Origin: Candidatus Nanosyncoccus sp. | GTDB lineage: Bacteria > Patescibacteriota > Saccharimonadia > Saccharimonadales > Saccharimonadaceae | Assembly (NCBI GenBank): GCA_045597305.1 | Contig: JAZLJF010000009.1 | Location: 21,891-53,890 of the forward strand | Direction: 5' to 3' | Length of the DNA: 32,000 nt | In this document: positions 1 to 8,824 of the stretch, one piece after another | Layout of the letters: the number at the start of each line of letters is the position of its first letter | How positions within the stretch are numbered: position 1 is the stretch's first letter | Program-made: the position numbers and the translations under genes | Notes under the pieces: generated by a model | Seen by the model: the letters and a program-made list of their open reading frames with translations, nothing else | Database searches by the model: none | What the model was told of the DNA's origin: nothing

Positions 1-2
1 TT

Positions 3-1091
3 GCAAAAAGGGTAAATTCGTCGAAATTCAATAAGAGATCTTGGGAAGCGGCGATAAAAACTGGTGCTTTTGATAGGTTCGCTGATAGGTCCGATTTGCT
101 ATTTAACCTCGAGGCTATTCAAGCTTTTGGTACGAAATGCCAAAAAGATTTGACATCTGGTCAAACGGACCTTTTTGGTGCTTTTGGAGAGGCTGGTGCT
201 ATTCCAGAGCCAGAATTAAAATCTGCCCCTATGAAAGCATCAGAAAAAGAACAGCTTCTCTGGGAAAGAGATCTGATGGGGTTATATCTTTCGGCCCATC
301 CTTTAGATAAATATGATGTGTATTTTAATGAAAATACACACCCCATGGATCTTATCTCGACTGAAAATGACGGCAAAGTAGTCACGGTAGGCGGAATTAT
401 TACTGATGTCAGGACGATTCTGACAAAATCTGGTACTAAAATGGCGTTCGTAAAGATTGAAAATAAGGTGTCTGATACCGAGATTATTGTATTTCCTTCA
501 ATTTTTGAACAATATGGCGGAAAATTGGTGCAAGATAATGTGATTAAAGTTACAGGTAGAGTTAATGCAAGAGACAAAAATGGAAACATTACTCCTGAAG
601 CGAAGGTGTTAGCAGAGCAAATTGAGGTAATTTCGGATGAATTTCTAGAAAATTATCAAAGTACGGGTCAAAAACTTGCCGCTCCAGTGCTTGCTCCACA
701 GACGAAGAGAAATTACGGCAGTAAGAGTAAGGTTTCGGCCGAAAACGTCTCAAATGGCCGTTCTGGCGGCTCAGGCGTGAAATTTGACTCAAGAAATGGC
801 TCAAAAAACAATTATGAGGCTAATGCTACCCCTGTTGTGCCAAATACGCCGCCGAAAGACCCGAGAAAAGAACGCTTATATTGTCTAATAAAGGACCCGA
901 ATAATACAGAAGTACTATCCGAGATTAAACATCTTTGTGATTTAAACCCGGGCATGAAAGAAGTAGTTTTAGTTTTAGAGGAAAATTCCGACAAAACGCC
1001 ACTAAAAATGCCGTTTAAGATTGAATTATCAGATGAGCTGTTAGTTTCTTTGACGAAGTTATTAGGTGATGAGCAGGTCAAAGTTGCGTAG
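3..1091 (+). CDS. dnaE: DNA polymerase III subunit alpha, C-terminal part (partial, continues upstream of window)
   Basis: Frame is open from base 3 (AKRVNSSKFNKRSWEAAIKTGAFDRFADRSDLLFN...), followed by LYLSAHPLDKY and an OB-fold-like segment VVTVGGIITDVRTILTKSGTKMAFVKIEN, typical of bacterial DnaE C-terminus. Confidence 0.93.
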   Translation, partial: AKRVNSSKFNKRSWEAAIKTGAFDRFADRSDLLFNLEAIQAFGTKCQKDLTSGQTDLFGAFGEAGAIPEPELKSAPMKASEKEQLLWERDLMGLYLSAHPLDKYDVYFNENTHPMDLISTENDGKVVTVGGIITDVRTILTKSGTKMAFVKIENKVSDTEIIVFPSIFEQYGGKLVQDNVIKVTGRVNARDKNGNITPEAKVLAEQIEVISDEFLENYQSTGQKLAAPVLAPQTKRNYGSKSKVSAENVSNGRSGGSGVKFDSRNGSKNNYEANATPVVPNTPPKDPRKERLYCLIKDPNNTEVLSEIKHLCDLNPGMKEVVLVLEENSDKTPLKMPFKIELSDELLVSLTKLLGDEQVKVA

Positions 1092-1097
1092 CTAGAC

Positions 1098-1125
1098 TTG
1101 CCCTCTTTTGTAAAAGTGTTATAAT
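1098..1125 (+). promoter_or_regulatory. sigma70-type promoter for trmH-like gene (TTGCCC-N16-TATAAT)
   Basis: TTGCCC at 1098-1103, 16-nt spacer, TATAAT at 1120-1125; start codon at 1132. Confidence 0.65.
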
Positions 1126-1131
1126 TTAAGT

Positions 1132-1641
1132 ATGGAAATAGTGTTATCCCTACACAATATCCGTTCAGTCTACAATGTGGGCGCTATTCTTAGGACGGCT
1201 GAAGGATTGGGGATAAATCATGTTGTATGTTCTGGATATACTCCTTGTGCTCTTGATCCGAATGCTTTACCTCATGTATCTGACAAAATTGCACGCCAGA
1301 TTGAAAAGACAGCACTTGGTGCGGAGAAGTTAGTTGATTTGCGTTGGTGTGAAGATCCGAGGATATTTTATCAATCTTATAAAGACAAAGGATATCAAAT
1401 TATCGGTCTTGAAAATCGGATTGATGATGGAAGGAAGTTCACGTTAGGCTCACCTGCACTTTTGAATAGATTACGAGATAAGGCAGTATTGATTCTTGGA
1501 GAAGAAGTCCAAGGCATTGACAAAAGTCTATATGATTTAGTAGATTTGTTTATCGAAATTCCGATGGTGGGGAAAAAGGAATCTTTCAATGTCTCGGTTG
1601 CAGCTGGTATTGCTCTGTATGCCTTGAAAACTGCATTTTGA
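1132..1641 (+). CDS. TrmH/SpoU-family RNA 2'-O-ribose methyltransferase
   Basis: LHNIRSVYNVGAILRTAEGLGI, LILGEEVQGI and IPMVGKKESFNVSVAAGIALY are SpoU/TrmH motifs. Stop is TGA. Confidence 0.93.
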   Translation: MEIVLSLHNIRSVYNVGAILRTAEGLGINHVVCSGYTPCALDPNALPHVSDKIARQIEKTALGAEKLVDLRWCEDPRIFYQSYKDKGYQIIGLENRIDDGRKFTLGSPALLNRLRDKAVLILGEEVQGIDKSLYDLVDLFIEIPMVGKKESFNVSVAAGIALYALKTAF

Positions 1642-1658
1642 TTGGGGGATAATATCCG

Positions 1659-2996
1659 GTGGGAAACAACGCAGAAAAAACACGATATTATGCTTGTATA
1701 GATTTGAAATCATTTTATGCTTCTGTTGAATGTGTTGAAAGAGGACTAGATCCTTTAAGAGCTGATTTGGTAGTGGCTGATGTGAAACGAACGAGGGGGA
1801 CAGTATGCCTTGCAGTATCGCCATCACTGAAAGAAAAAGGCGTCAAGAATCGATGTCGACTTTTTCAAATTCCGAACAAAATACTCGATAAAACCATTAT
1901 CGCTCCACCTAGGATGCAAAAATATATTGATTATTCAGCTCGAATATATGGCGTCTATTTGAATTACATTTCAAAAGATGATATATTTCCTTATTCTGTT
2001 GACGAGGTTTTTATTGATCTTACAAGCTATCTCAAGCTATACAAGAAGACACCTCGGGAGATGGTTAAATTTTTGATGGATGAAGTATGTAACAAAATCG
2101 GTGTTAGAGCGACAGCAGGTGTTGGAACGAATATGTATCTTGCAAAAATTGCGCTAGATATTCTTGCAAAGCATTCGGATGATTATATTGGCGAGCTGAC
2201 AGAAGCGACGTTTAAGGCGAAATTATGGGATTACACTCCGATATCGGATTTTTGGAGGATTGGTCCGGGCACTGCGAAAAAATTGGCCGATCACCGAATT
2301 TTTACGATGCATGATATAGCCATAGCGGATAAAAATATACTTTACCAAGTGTTTGGTATAGATGCAGAATTACTGATTGATCATGCATGGGGTCGTGAGC
2401 CAGTGACGATTGCAGATGTAAAAAAATATAAGCCAAAAAGCCAAAGCATTTCACAAGGTCAAGTTCTACCCAGGGACTACAATGCTGATGAGACAGCTTT
2501 GGTAGTTCGAGAAATGATGCGGGATATAATGTTACGTTGCACAAAAGAAAATAAATCTGCTACCTCAGTATCTTTGACGATAGTGCCGAGTTATAAAGAA
2601 AAATTGAAGGATTTTAGCGAGTATGAATTACGCAAGTCCGAAAATTACTTATCAGGCTCTATGCAACTAAATGGAGATCCGATCAAGGTGGTTTCTGCGC
2701 TTTTTGATAAGATTGTAGATAAAGAATTATCGTATAGACGAATCTATCTTAATCTTGGAAAACTATCTGATAAAGCGGATAAGATATTGGTTCAAAAACA
2801 TATGTTTAACGAGCTATTTCCAGAGGAAAAAAATAGGCAGAAGATGATGGACGAAAACGAAAAAATTGAAGATGCTATCATTAAAATTCGTGAAAAACAT
2901 GGAAAATCTGCCATCATGACAGCGGAGGATCTTGAGGAGGCTGGAACAACTATAGCACGTAATAAAATGATTGGAGGACATCAAGCAAATGTCTAA
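1659..2996 (+). CDS. Y-family (DinB/UmuC/UvrX-like) DNA polymerase
   Basis: YYACIDLKSFYASVECVERGLDPL, SVDEVFIDLT, RATAGVGTNMYLAKIALDI, WRIGPGTAKKLADHRIFTM helix-hairpin-helix. Confidence 0.92.
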   Translation: MGNNAEKTRYYACIDLKSFYASVECVERGLDPLRADLVVADVKRTRGTVCLAVSPSLKEKGVKNRCRLFQIPNKILDKTIIAPPRMQKYIDYSARIYGVYLNYISKDDIFPYSVDEVFIDLTSYLKLYKKTPREMVKFLMDEVCNKIGVRATAGVGTNMYLAKIALDILAKHSDDYIGELTEATFKAKLWDYTPISDFWRIGPGTAKKLADHRIFTMHDIAIADKNILYQVFGIDAELLIDHAWGREPVTIADVKKYKPKSQSISQGQVLPRDYNADETALVVREMMRDIMLRCTKENKSATSVSLTIVPSYKEKLKDFSEYELRKSENYLSGSMQLNGDPIKVVSALFDKIVDKELSYRRIYLNLGKLSDKADKILVQKHMFNELFPEEKNRQKMMDENEKIEDAIIKIREKHGKSAIMTAEDLEEAGTTIARNKMIGGHQANV

Positions 2997-3165
2997 TTTG
3001 AATAAAATGTCGCTCGGTAAAATGCCGATTTCGCAAAGAGCGAAACAATTTTTGCCATTTTCTAGCCTAAATGGTCTAGAAGATGCATATCTGAAAAAAG
3101 AGTGGGAAATAGAATCAAGACAAAAGATGAAAGACAGAATTTGGAAAATCGAGAATGACGAGTGA
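2989..3165 (+). CDS. small protein overlapping the Y-family polymerase stop; YolD-like/polymerase-partner-type peptide
   Basis: ATG at 2989 is 11 nt after GGAGG (2973-2977) and overlaps the polymerase stop by 8 nt. The ORF-track TTG start at 2971 encodes the SD. Motif ISQRAKQFLPFSSLNGLEDAY resembles the RAAQFAPFAALTGY-type small proteins next to Y-family polymerases in Firmicutes. Stop is TGA. Confidence 0.7.
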   Translation: MSNLNKMSLGKMPISQRAKQFLPFSSLNGLEDAYLKKEWEIESRQKMKDRIWKIENDE

Positions 3166-3169
3166 ATTT

Positions 3170-3198
3170 TTGCCTAATATACCCAATTATAGTATAAT
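3170..3198 (+). promoter_or_regulatory. sigma70-type promoter for leuS (TTGCCT-N17-TATAAT)
   Basis: TTGCCT 3170-3175, 17-nt spacer, TATAAT 3193-3198; leuS SD AGAGG and ATG at 3240. Confidence 0.75.
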
Positions 3199-3239
3199 AG
3201 TAGAAATTAATCGTGTGGAATAGGTAAAAAGAGGAAAAC

Positions 3240-5684
3240 ATGGATCGTTATAATCCGCAAAAAATAGAGAAAAAATGGCAAGATAAATGGGAGAAAGAGG
3301 AGACTTTTCGTGCTGTGTCGGAAGGCAATGTTTTGCCTGAAAATCCTGATGCTCCAAAGATGTTTTTGGCGGAAATGTTCCCTTATCCATCCGGTGCAGG
3401 ATTACATGTAGGCCACGTGCGTAATTTTACCATTGTAGATGTTTTGGCTCGATTCTACACGCAACAGCAAATGAATGTGCTTCGTCCATTTGGCTATGAT
3501 ACTTTTGGCTTGCCGGCTGAAAATTACGCTATAAAGACTGGCATTTCTCCACAAGAAGCGACGAAGACGAATATTGCTAATTTCCGCAAACAATTAAAGC
3601 GTCTTGGTTATGCGATTGATTGGTCACGCGAAATAAATACATCTGACCCAGAATATTACCGTTGGACTCAATGGTGCTTCTTGCAACTCTACAAAAAGGG
3701 TCTTGCTTATCGCAAAGAGAGTTATCAGTGGTGGTGTCCTGTAGATCAGACTGTACTTGCGAACGAACAGGTAGAAAATGGCTGTTGTTGGCGCTGTGGT
3801 CATGAAGTCGAAAAGAAGAATATGAAACAGTGGTTTTTCAAAATTACTGATTATGCCGATGAATTATTAGCTGATATTGACGGACTAAATTGGCCTGAAA
3901 AGATCAAGACAATGCAGAGAAACTGGATTGGCAGAAGTGAAGGCGCTGAAATTGAATTCGAAGTCGATGGATTCGAAAAGACCTATATTAAGGTTTTCAC
4001 TACGCGTCCAGACACGGTTTTCGGGGCGACTTTCCTTGTGCTTGCGCCTGAGCATCAAATGATAAAAGATCTAGTCAATGATAAGACTCGTGCTGAGGTG
4101 GAAAAGTATCAGTCAAATGCTCTTAAAAAGTCCGAAATTGAACGTCAAGAGAACAAAGAAAAAACAGGTGTTTTCACAGGATCATATGTAATAAATCCTG
4201 CGACTGGAGAGAAAATCCCTGTTTGGGTATCTGACTATGTCTTAATGGGCTATGGTGAAGGTGCAATTATGGCTGTCCCTGCGCATGACGAGCGTGATTA
4301 CGATTTCGCGACTAAATTTGAGCTTCCAATAAAAGAAGTAATTGAAAAACCAGAGAACATTTCAGATGATGATAAATGCTATCATGGTGAAGGAAAACTA
4401 ATTAATTCTGGACACTTAAATGGTACGGATTCTTCCGAAGCGCGAGAATTGGTAGTAAATTGGCTTTCGCAACAGGGCGTCGGAAAGCAAAGAGTTACAT
4501 ACAAGATGCGTGATTGGCTAATATCTCGTCAACGATACTGGGGTTGTCCTATTCCAATTGCTTATGACGAAGACGGAAATGAATATCCAATTCCTGAAGA
4601 TCAGCTTCCAGTTATGATCCCAGAGGTAGAAGATTATAAGCCTGATAATACGGGTCGAAGTGCTCTTGCTAAGGCAGAAGATTGGCTCCATTTTGAGATG
4701 GAAGTTGAGGACAAAAATACTGGCAAAAAAGTCAAGAAGAAATTACTACGTGAAACTGATACGTTAGACGGATATGCATGCTCTTCTTGGTATCTTTGGC
4801 GCTATACCTCTCCGTCCAATAAAGGCGCAGCTTGGGACAAGGATGCAATATCGTACTGGGCTCCGACAGATGTTTATGTTGGCGCGGATCATGCTGTCGC
4901 GCATCTTCTTTATATCAGATTTTGGTGTAAATTCTTTGCCGATGAAGGCTATCTTCCATTTCGTGAGCCAGTGAAAACTTTGCTTTATAACGGGTATATC
5001 AATGCCCCAGACGGCAAGAAAATGAGTAAAAGCAAGGGTAATGTGATCGACCCACTTGATGTTATTGATCAAGGATACGGAGCTGATACACTGCGTACAT
5101 ACGAAATGTTTATCGGGCCGTATGACCAAGATGCTGCATGGGATCCAAAATCTGTCGGTGGCGTTTATCGATTCTTGAATCGTTGCTGGACTCTTTGTTT
5201 TGATGAAAATTTGCAAGATAAGAATGCAAGTAACGAGAAAAATCGCCTTATCCGTCATAAAACCATTAAAAAGGTATCTGATGATATCTATAGACACAAT
5301 TTCAATACTGCAGTCTCTTCACTGATGGAATATGTCAACGTACTTTACAAAGAAAAAGCGTCAATTGAGGATATTATTACGCTCGCGAAATTGATCAAAC
5401 CATTTGCTCCTCATCTAGCTTGTGAAATGCTGGAAAAAATGGAATCTGATGACGTTTGGCCAACTTGGGAAGAAAAATATCTTGTGTCTGATGACGTTGA
5501 AGTGGTAGTGCAGGTCAATGGTAAACTACGTGCAAAACTCTCTGTAAGCAAAGATGACCTTGAAGATCAAGCAAAGATAGAAAAACTTGCGCTTTCGGAT
5601 GATAATGTTAAGAAATACGTCGCTGATAATATGAAGAAGATTATTTTCGTGAAGCAAGCAAAGCTTATAAATATCGTTGCCTAA
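3240..5684 (+). CDS. leuS: leucyl-tRNA synthetase
   Basis: MFPYPSGAGLHVGHVRNFTIVDVLARF (HIGH-type motif), GYDTFGLPAENYAI, KMSKSKGNVIDP. Confidence 0.98.
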   Translation: MDRYNPQKIEKKWQDKWEKEETFRAVSEGNVLPENPDAPKMFLAEMFPYPSGAGLHVGHVRNFTIVDVLARFYTQQQMNVLRPFGYDTFGLPAENYAIKTGISPQEATKTNIANFRKQLKRLGYAIDWSREINTSDPEYYRWTQWCFLQLYKKGLAYRKESYQWWCPVDQTVLANEQVENGCCWRCGHEVEKKNMKQWFFKITDYADELLADIDGLNWPEKIKTMQRNWIGRSEGAEIEFEVDGFEKTYIKVFTTRPDTVFGATFLVLAPEHQMIKDLVNDKTRAEVEKYQSNALKKSEIERQENKEKTGVFTGSYVINPATGEKIPVWVSDYVLMGYGEGAIMAVPAHDERDYDFATKFELPIKEVIEKPENISDDDKCYHGEGKLINSGHLNGTDSSEARELVVNWLSQQGVGKQRVTYKMRDWLISRQRYWGCPIPIAYDEDGNEYPIPEDQLPVMIPEVEDYKPDNTGRSALAKAEDWLHFEMEVEDKNTGKKVKKKLLRETDTLDGYACSSWYLWRYTSPSNKGAAWDKDAISYWAPTDVYVGADHAVAHLLYIRFWCKFFADEGYLPFREPVKTLLYNGYINAPDGKKMSKSKGNVIDPLDVIDQGYGADTLRTYEMFIGPYDQDAAWDPKSVGGVYRFLNRCWTLCFDENLQDKNASNEKNRLIRHKTIKKVSDDIYRHNFNTAVSSLMEYVNVLYKEKASIEDIITLAKLIKPFAPHLACEMLEKMESDDVWPTWEEKYLVSDDVEVVVQVNGKLRAKLSVSKDDLEDQAKIEKLALSDDNVKKYVADNMKKIIFVKQAKLINIVA

Positions 5685-5821
5685 ATTCACTACCATTACA
5701 TACGCATTGGATGTATGCGACGGCTGCGTCTATGATATTACCGACACGTTGATAAACGATGACTATTTGATGCTACTATCAAAGAAGAATGCGATTGATG
5801 AAGCTTTGAATCTGTAAAATT

Positions 5822-5847
5822 AAAGGCGTGTTTTATCACGCCTTTTT
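5822..5847 (+). terminator. intrinsic terminator downstream of leuS
   Basis: AAAGGCGTG-ttttat-CACGCCTTTTT. Confidence 0.85.
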
Positions 5848-5882
5848 AATTAGGCTGGATTTCACTTGTCAGAATACGATTT

Positions 5883-5912
5883 TTGTGATAAACTAATACA
5901 AATTTATATTAT
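5883..5912 (+). promoter_or_regulatory. probable promoter of rpmF-nusB (TTGTGA-N16-TATATT)
   Basis: TTGTGA 5883-5888, TATATT 5905-5910 (or overlapping TATTAT 5907-5912). Confidence 0.45.
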
Positions 5913-5927
5913 TAAACGGAGCATAAA

Positions 5928-6137
5928 ATGCCTGAACCTAAAAAACAGAGTAGTGCTCGTAAGACCGGACTACGCCGTAGCCACTTACGTTTGAAACTTG
6001 CTCGTGCAGTTAACAAAAAATCGCCTGTCAAGGCTTTTGAAACGAAGAAATCAACTCCTCGTCTAAAGGTTAAAACTACACGCCCTGCAGTAAAAGCTAC
6101 TAAAAAATCAACTAAATCAGTAAAGAAGAGTAAATAA
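5928..6137 (+). CDS. rpmF: ribosomal protein bL32-like, cysteine-free, with Lys/Thr-rich tail
   Basis: MPEPKKQSSARKTGLRRSHLRLK resembles bL32 N-terminus (M-x-V/E-PKxxxSxxxxxxRRSHxxL). Short basic ORF coupled to nusB. Confidence 0.75.
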   Translation: MPEPKKQSSARKTGLRRSHLRLKLARAVNKKSPVKAFETKKSTPRLKVKTTRPAVKATKKSTKSVKKSK

Positions 6138-6667
6138 TGGCAAGTAATCGGCACCTCGGTAGAATTATTTCGCTACAAAGCTTGTATGAATACGAGTTTC
6201 GCGAGAAGGCGGGCGATACAGAAGCCGATCTTAATACTATTATTGCTAAAAACATTGAGCCATACGAAAAAGCTCTCGGAGATACAGAGTTTGTATATCA
6301 GTTAACAACTGGTGTAATGGAAAAAGCTAAATCTCTCGACGAAGATCTAAAACCATTGGCTCCAGAATGGCCAATTAGTTCAATTGCGGCGATCGATAGA
6401 AATGTCCTTCGCATAGGACTTTTTGAGCTAAAATATTGCGGAGATAAGGTTCCGCCAAAGGTTGCTATTAACGAAGCTGTGGAACTTGCAAAAGCGTTCG
6501 GTTCCGAGAATTCGTCAAGATTTATTAATGGAGTGCTTGGGACTGCATTTCGACAGATAAATCCGGAAGCTGCCACTAAGGATAATAATGAAATATCAAT
6601 CAAAACAGAAGACGGGCAAAGAGCAGAAGCAGACGATAAAGCGGCAATCGATAAATCAGAAGCCTAA
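6137..6667 (+). CDS. nusB: transcription antitermination protein NusB
   Basis: RHLGRIISLQSLYEYEF, PISSIAAIDRNVLRIGLFEL, VPPKVAINEAVELAKAFGSENSSRFINGVLG; ATG overlaps preceding TAA. Confidence 0.95.
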   Translation: MASNRHLGRIISLQSLYEYEFREKAGDTEADLNTIIAKNIEPYEKALGDTEFVYQLTTGVMEKAKSLDEDLKPLAPEWPISSIAAIDRNVLRIGLFELKYCGDKVPPKVAINEAVELAKAFGSENSSRFINGVLGTAFRQINPEAATKDNNEISIKTEDGQRAEADDKAAIDKSEA

Positions 6668-7265
6668 TCAGACGAATCAGCTAAGTAGATCTGCTAGAAT
6701 AAACTACAAAAAACCTGATTTAACCTATCGTAGTCCGAAAGGTACCCTAAAGATTCCAGAGGCGCTACCTACAAAGGAGTATAAAGAATCAGCTTTTTCT
6801 CGTATTTTTCATAAAAAACCGGCAATTCAAGAAATTGTTCGTGAGCCAACTTCTGGTGGTATTGTTTTTCGTATGACTCCAGACCAACACGATATTGAGA
6901 TTTTACTGATTCAAGATTCAAAAAATCGATGGACTATTCCAAAAGGGCACATTGAGCCTGGTGAAACAGCGAAGCAAACTGCGATTCGTGAGATAGGAGA
7001 AGAGTCTGGGCTTCATCATGTGCGCGTTCTAACTTGGCTTGGGAAAATACATTTCAAATATCGCCGCCAGGATAAGCTAGTATTAATGACGACACAAATT
7101 TATTTAGTTCGCGCTTTAGATAACCATGAAAAGCCGCAAAAAGAGAAGTGGATGAATGGCATTAAATGGTTCAAATTCAGTGATGCTATTGACGCGGTAG
7201 AATATGAAGACATCGAAAAATTAATGCTCATTGCACGAAAAAAGATTCGTTCAGGTGAATTTTAA
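6588..7265 (+). CDS. Nudix hydrolase (MutT family); N-terminal start uncertain
   Basis: Nudix box GHIEPGETAKQTAIREIGEESGL. The ATG at 6588 gives an 80-nt out-of-frame overlap with nusB. Confidence 0.9.
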   Translation: MKYQSKQKTGKEQKQTIKRQSINQKPNQTNQLSRSARINYKKPDLTYRSPKGTLKIPEALPTKEYKESAFSRIFHKKPAIQEIVREPTSGGIVFRMTPDQHDIEILLIQDSKNRWTIPKGHIEPGETAKQTAIREIGEESGLHHVRVLTWLGKIHFKYRRQDKLVLMTTQIYLVRALDNHEKPQKEKWMNGIKWFKFSDAIDAVEYEDIEKLMLIARKKIRSGEF

Positions 7266-7307
7266 CGTCGTATACCGGCTACACAATATTTATCTTGAAG
7301 GAGGAAA

Positions 7308-8030
7308 ATGAATAGAGAAGAAAAAGATTTATATCAGAAGTTTGCAAAAGAAAAGCTAGGTTTTGAGTTTAATAATATTGAGCTTTTAATTACGGCTTTG
7401 ACACACCGAAGCTATATAAATGAGCACAAAAATGCAAAAATCGAACATAATGAACGTCTGGAATTTCTTGGCGATGCGGTGCTAGAACTAGTTTCTTCAG
7501 ACTTTCTGTTTAAGAATTATAAAGAGCCAGAAGGAATCATGACGGCATGGCGAAGTGCGCTTGTACGAACAGAATCTATTGGCGCAGCAGGTGAGGCTTT
7601 GGGATATGAACCTCTAGTCAGACTCTCTCATGGAGAAAAAATGGATTCGGCAAGAGCGCATGCCGTCATTCTAGCCGATTGTTTTGAAGCCGTGATTGGT
7701 GCAATCTACCTTGATCAAGGATACGATGAAGCGAAGAAATTCATAGAGAAACACATTCTAGTGAAAATTGACCAAATTTTAGACGATGAATCTTGGCGCG
7801 ATCCAAAGTCCTATTTCCAGGAGCTTGCGCAGCACTATGATGGGATTACCCCACTTTACCAGGTTATAAAGGAAGAAGGACCGGATCATGATAAGGTGTT
7901 TACTGTTGGAGCATATGTAGGTCGACAGTTAAAAGGCGTTGGAAGTGGTTATTCAAAGCAAGAAGCGCAAGGCGAAGCCGCAAGAGAAGGCGTCAAAAAA
8001 TACCGCGCGGAGCACCCAAAGCAAGCATAG
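7308..8030 (+). CDS. rnc: ribonuclease III
   Basis: ALTHRSYINEH, NERLEFLGDAVLELVSSDFLF, C-terminal dsRBD (DPKSYFQELAQHYDGITPLYQVIKEEGPDHDKVFTVGAYVGRQLKGVGSGYSKQEAQGEAAREGV); strong SD GGAGG. Confidence 0.97.
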   Translation: MNREEKDLYQKFAKEKLGFEFNNIELLITALTHRSYINEHKNAKIEHNERLEFLGDAVLELVSSDFLFKNYKEPEGIMTAWRSALVRTESIGAAGEALGYEPLVRLSHGEKMDSARAHAVILADCFEAVIGAIYLDQGYDEAKKFIEKHILVKIDQILDDESWRDPKSYFQELAQHYDGITPLYQVIKEEGPDHDKVFTVGAYVGRQLKGVGSGYSKQEAQGEAAREGVKKYRAEHPKQA

Positions 8031-8048
8031 TATAGCGAAATGGATGCA

Positions 8049-8088
8049 ACACTAAAAAGCCTAAACATTGACTTTTAGGCTAAAGTGT
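8049..8088. repeat. interrupted inverted repeat centred on a -35 box; in minus orientation it also reads as a terminator-like hairpin
   Basis: ACACT(8049-8053)-aaaaa-GCCTAAA(8059-8065)-CATTGACT-TTTAGGC(8074-8080)-taa-AGTGT(8084-8088). Confidence 0.75.
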
Positions 8089-8096
8089 GGTATATT
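8068..8096 (+). promoter_or_regulatory. sigma70-type promoter for the 8204/8817 hypothetical gene pair (TTGACT-N17-TATATT)
   Basis: TTGACT 8068-8073, 17-nt spacer, TATATT 8091-8096. Confidence 0.75.
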
Positions 8097-8098
8097 GT

Positions 8099-8129
8099 AG
8101 AGATAAGATTGCGTATCTTATCTCTTTTC
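8099..8129 (+). terminator. terminator/attenuator-like hairpin immediately downstream of the promoter
   Basis: AGAGATAAGA(8099-8108)-ttgcgta-TCTTATCTCT(8116-8125)TTTC: 10-bp perfect stem with a short T-tract. Confidence 0.6.
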
Positions 8130-8203
8130 TGCTATACAGAAATTAGAGATATAGCAATTCTAGTAGCTTAAAATTTTATTTCCAAAGGAAGGGGGATATT
8201 CCT

Positions 8204-8824
8204 ATGCAAAATCCTTATTGTTACCTGTCAGACGATTGTCGAACTGTTGTCGTTTTCGAGGGGGAAAGAGAAGAACAATACACTGTTGACGAGTTTGTAG
8301 AAATCTATGGTGAGGAATCGTTACCATCTAGCGATTCATTTCGTAGTAAAGTTGTTATAACAGATGAAATTCTTGAAGAGATGTGCAGAGCTGAAGAAGA
8401 TGCTTGTAATAATTATTACGAAATAATGAATGAATTTTTAAATTCGATTGGGTATTATCTTGGTTTCAAAAAACTTGTAGAAAACTATGACGATGCGCCT
8501 GATAAGGAGAGATCTAAATCTGGAGCGATAATTGTCGAAAAATATGGAGTACCAATTAGAAACATTGATCAAGAGTTGCAAAACAAAAGAGAACACTGTT
8601 GGCATTTATTTAGAGAGTTAAATAACGCTGCCGAAGCACTTGGAATTTCGCCAATAGGTGAAAGTGCTATAGGTGATTTGGAAGACACCTCGAGGCGTGA
8701 TTCTGTCAGAAGATCGGCGAAGCGTGCTTGTCTTTCTCATGAATTAGTCTCTTTAGAACAGTTGCTTCAGAGGAGATTATTGCGTGAAAATTCCGCATCT
8801 GAAAGGGGAAAATTGGATGAATAA
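8204..8824 (+). CDS. hypothetical acidic protein (206 aa)
   Basis: Open frame with SD AAGGAAGGGGG before ATG; overlaps the next gene by 8 nt; own promoter. No family recognised. Confidence 0.75.
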   Translation: MQNPYCYLSDDCRTVVVFEGEREEQYTVDEFVEIYGEESLPSSDSFRSKVVITDEILEEMCRAEEDACNNYYEIMNEFLNSIGYYLGFKKLVENYDDAPDKERSKSGAIIVEKYGVPIRNIDQELQNKREHCWHLFRELNNAAEALGISPIGESAIGDLEDTSRRDSVRRSAKRACLSHELVSLEQLLQRRLLRENSASERGKLDE

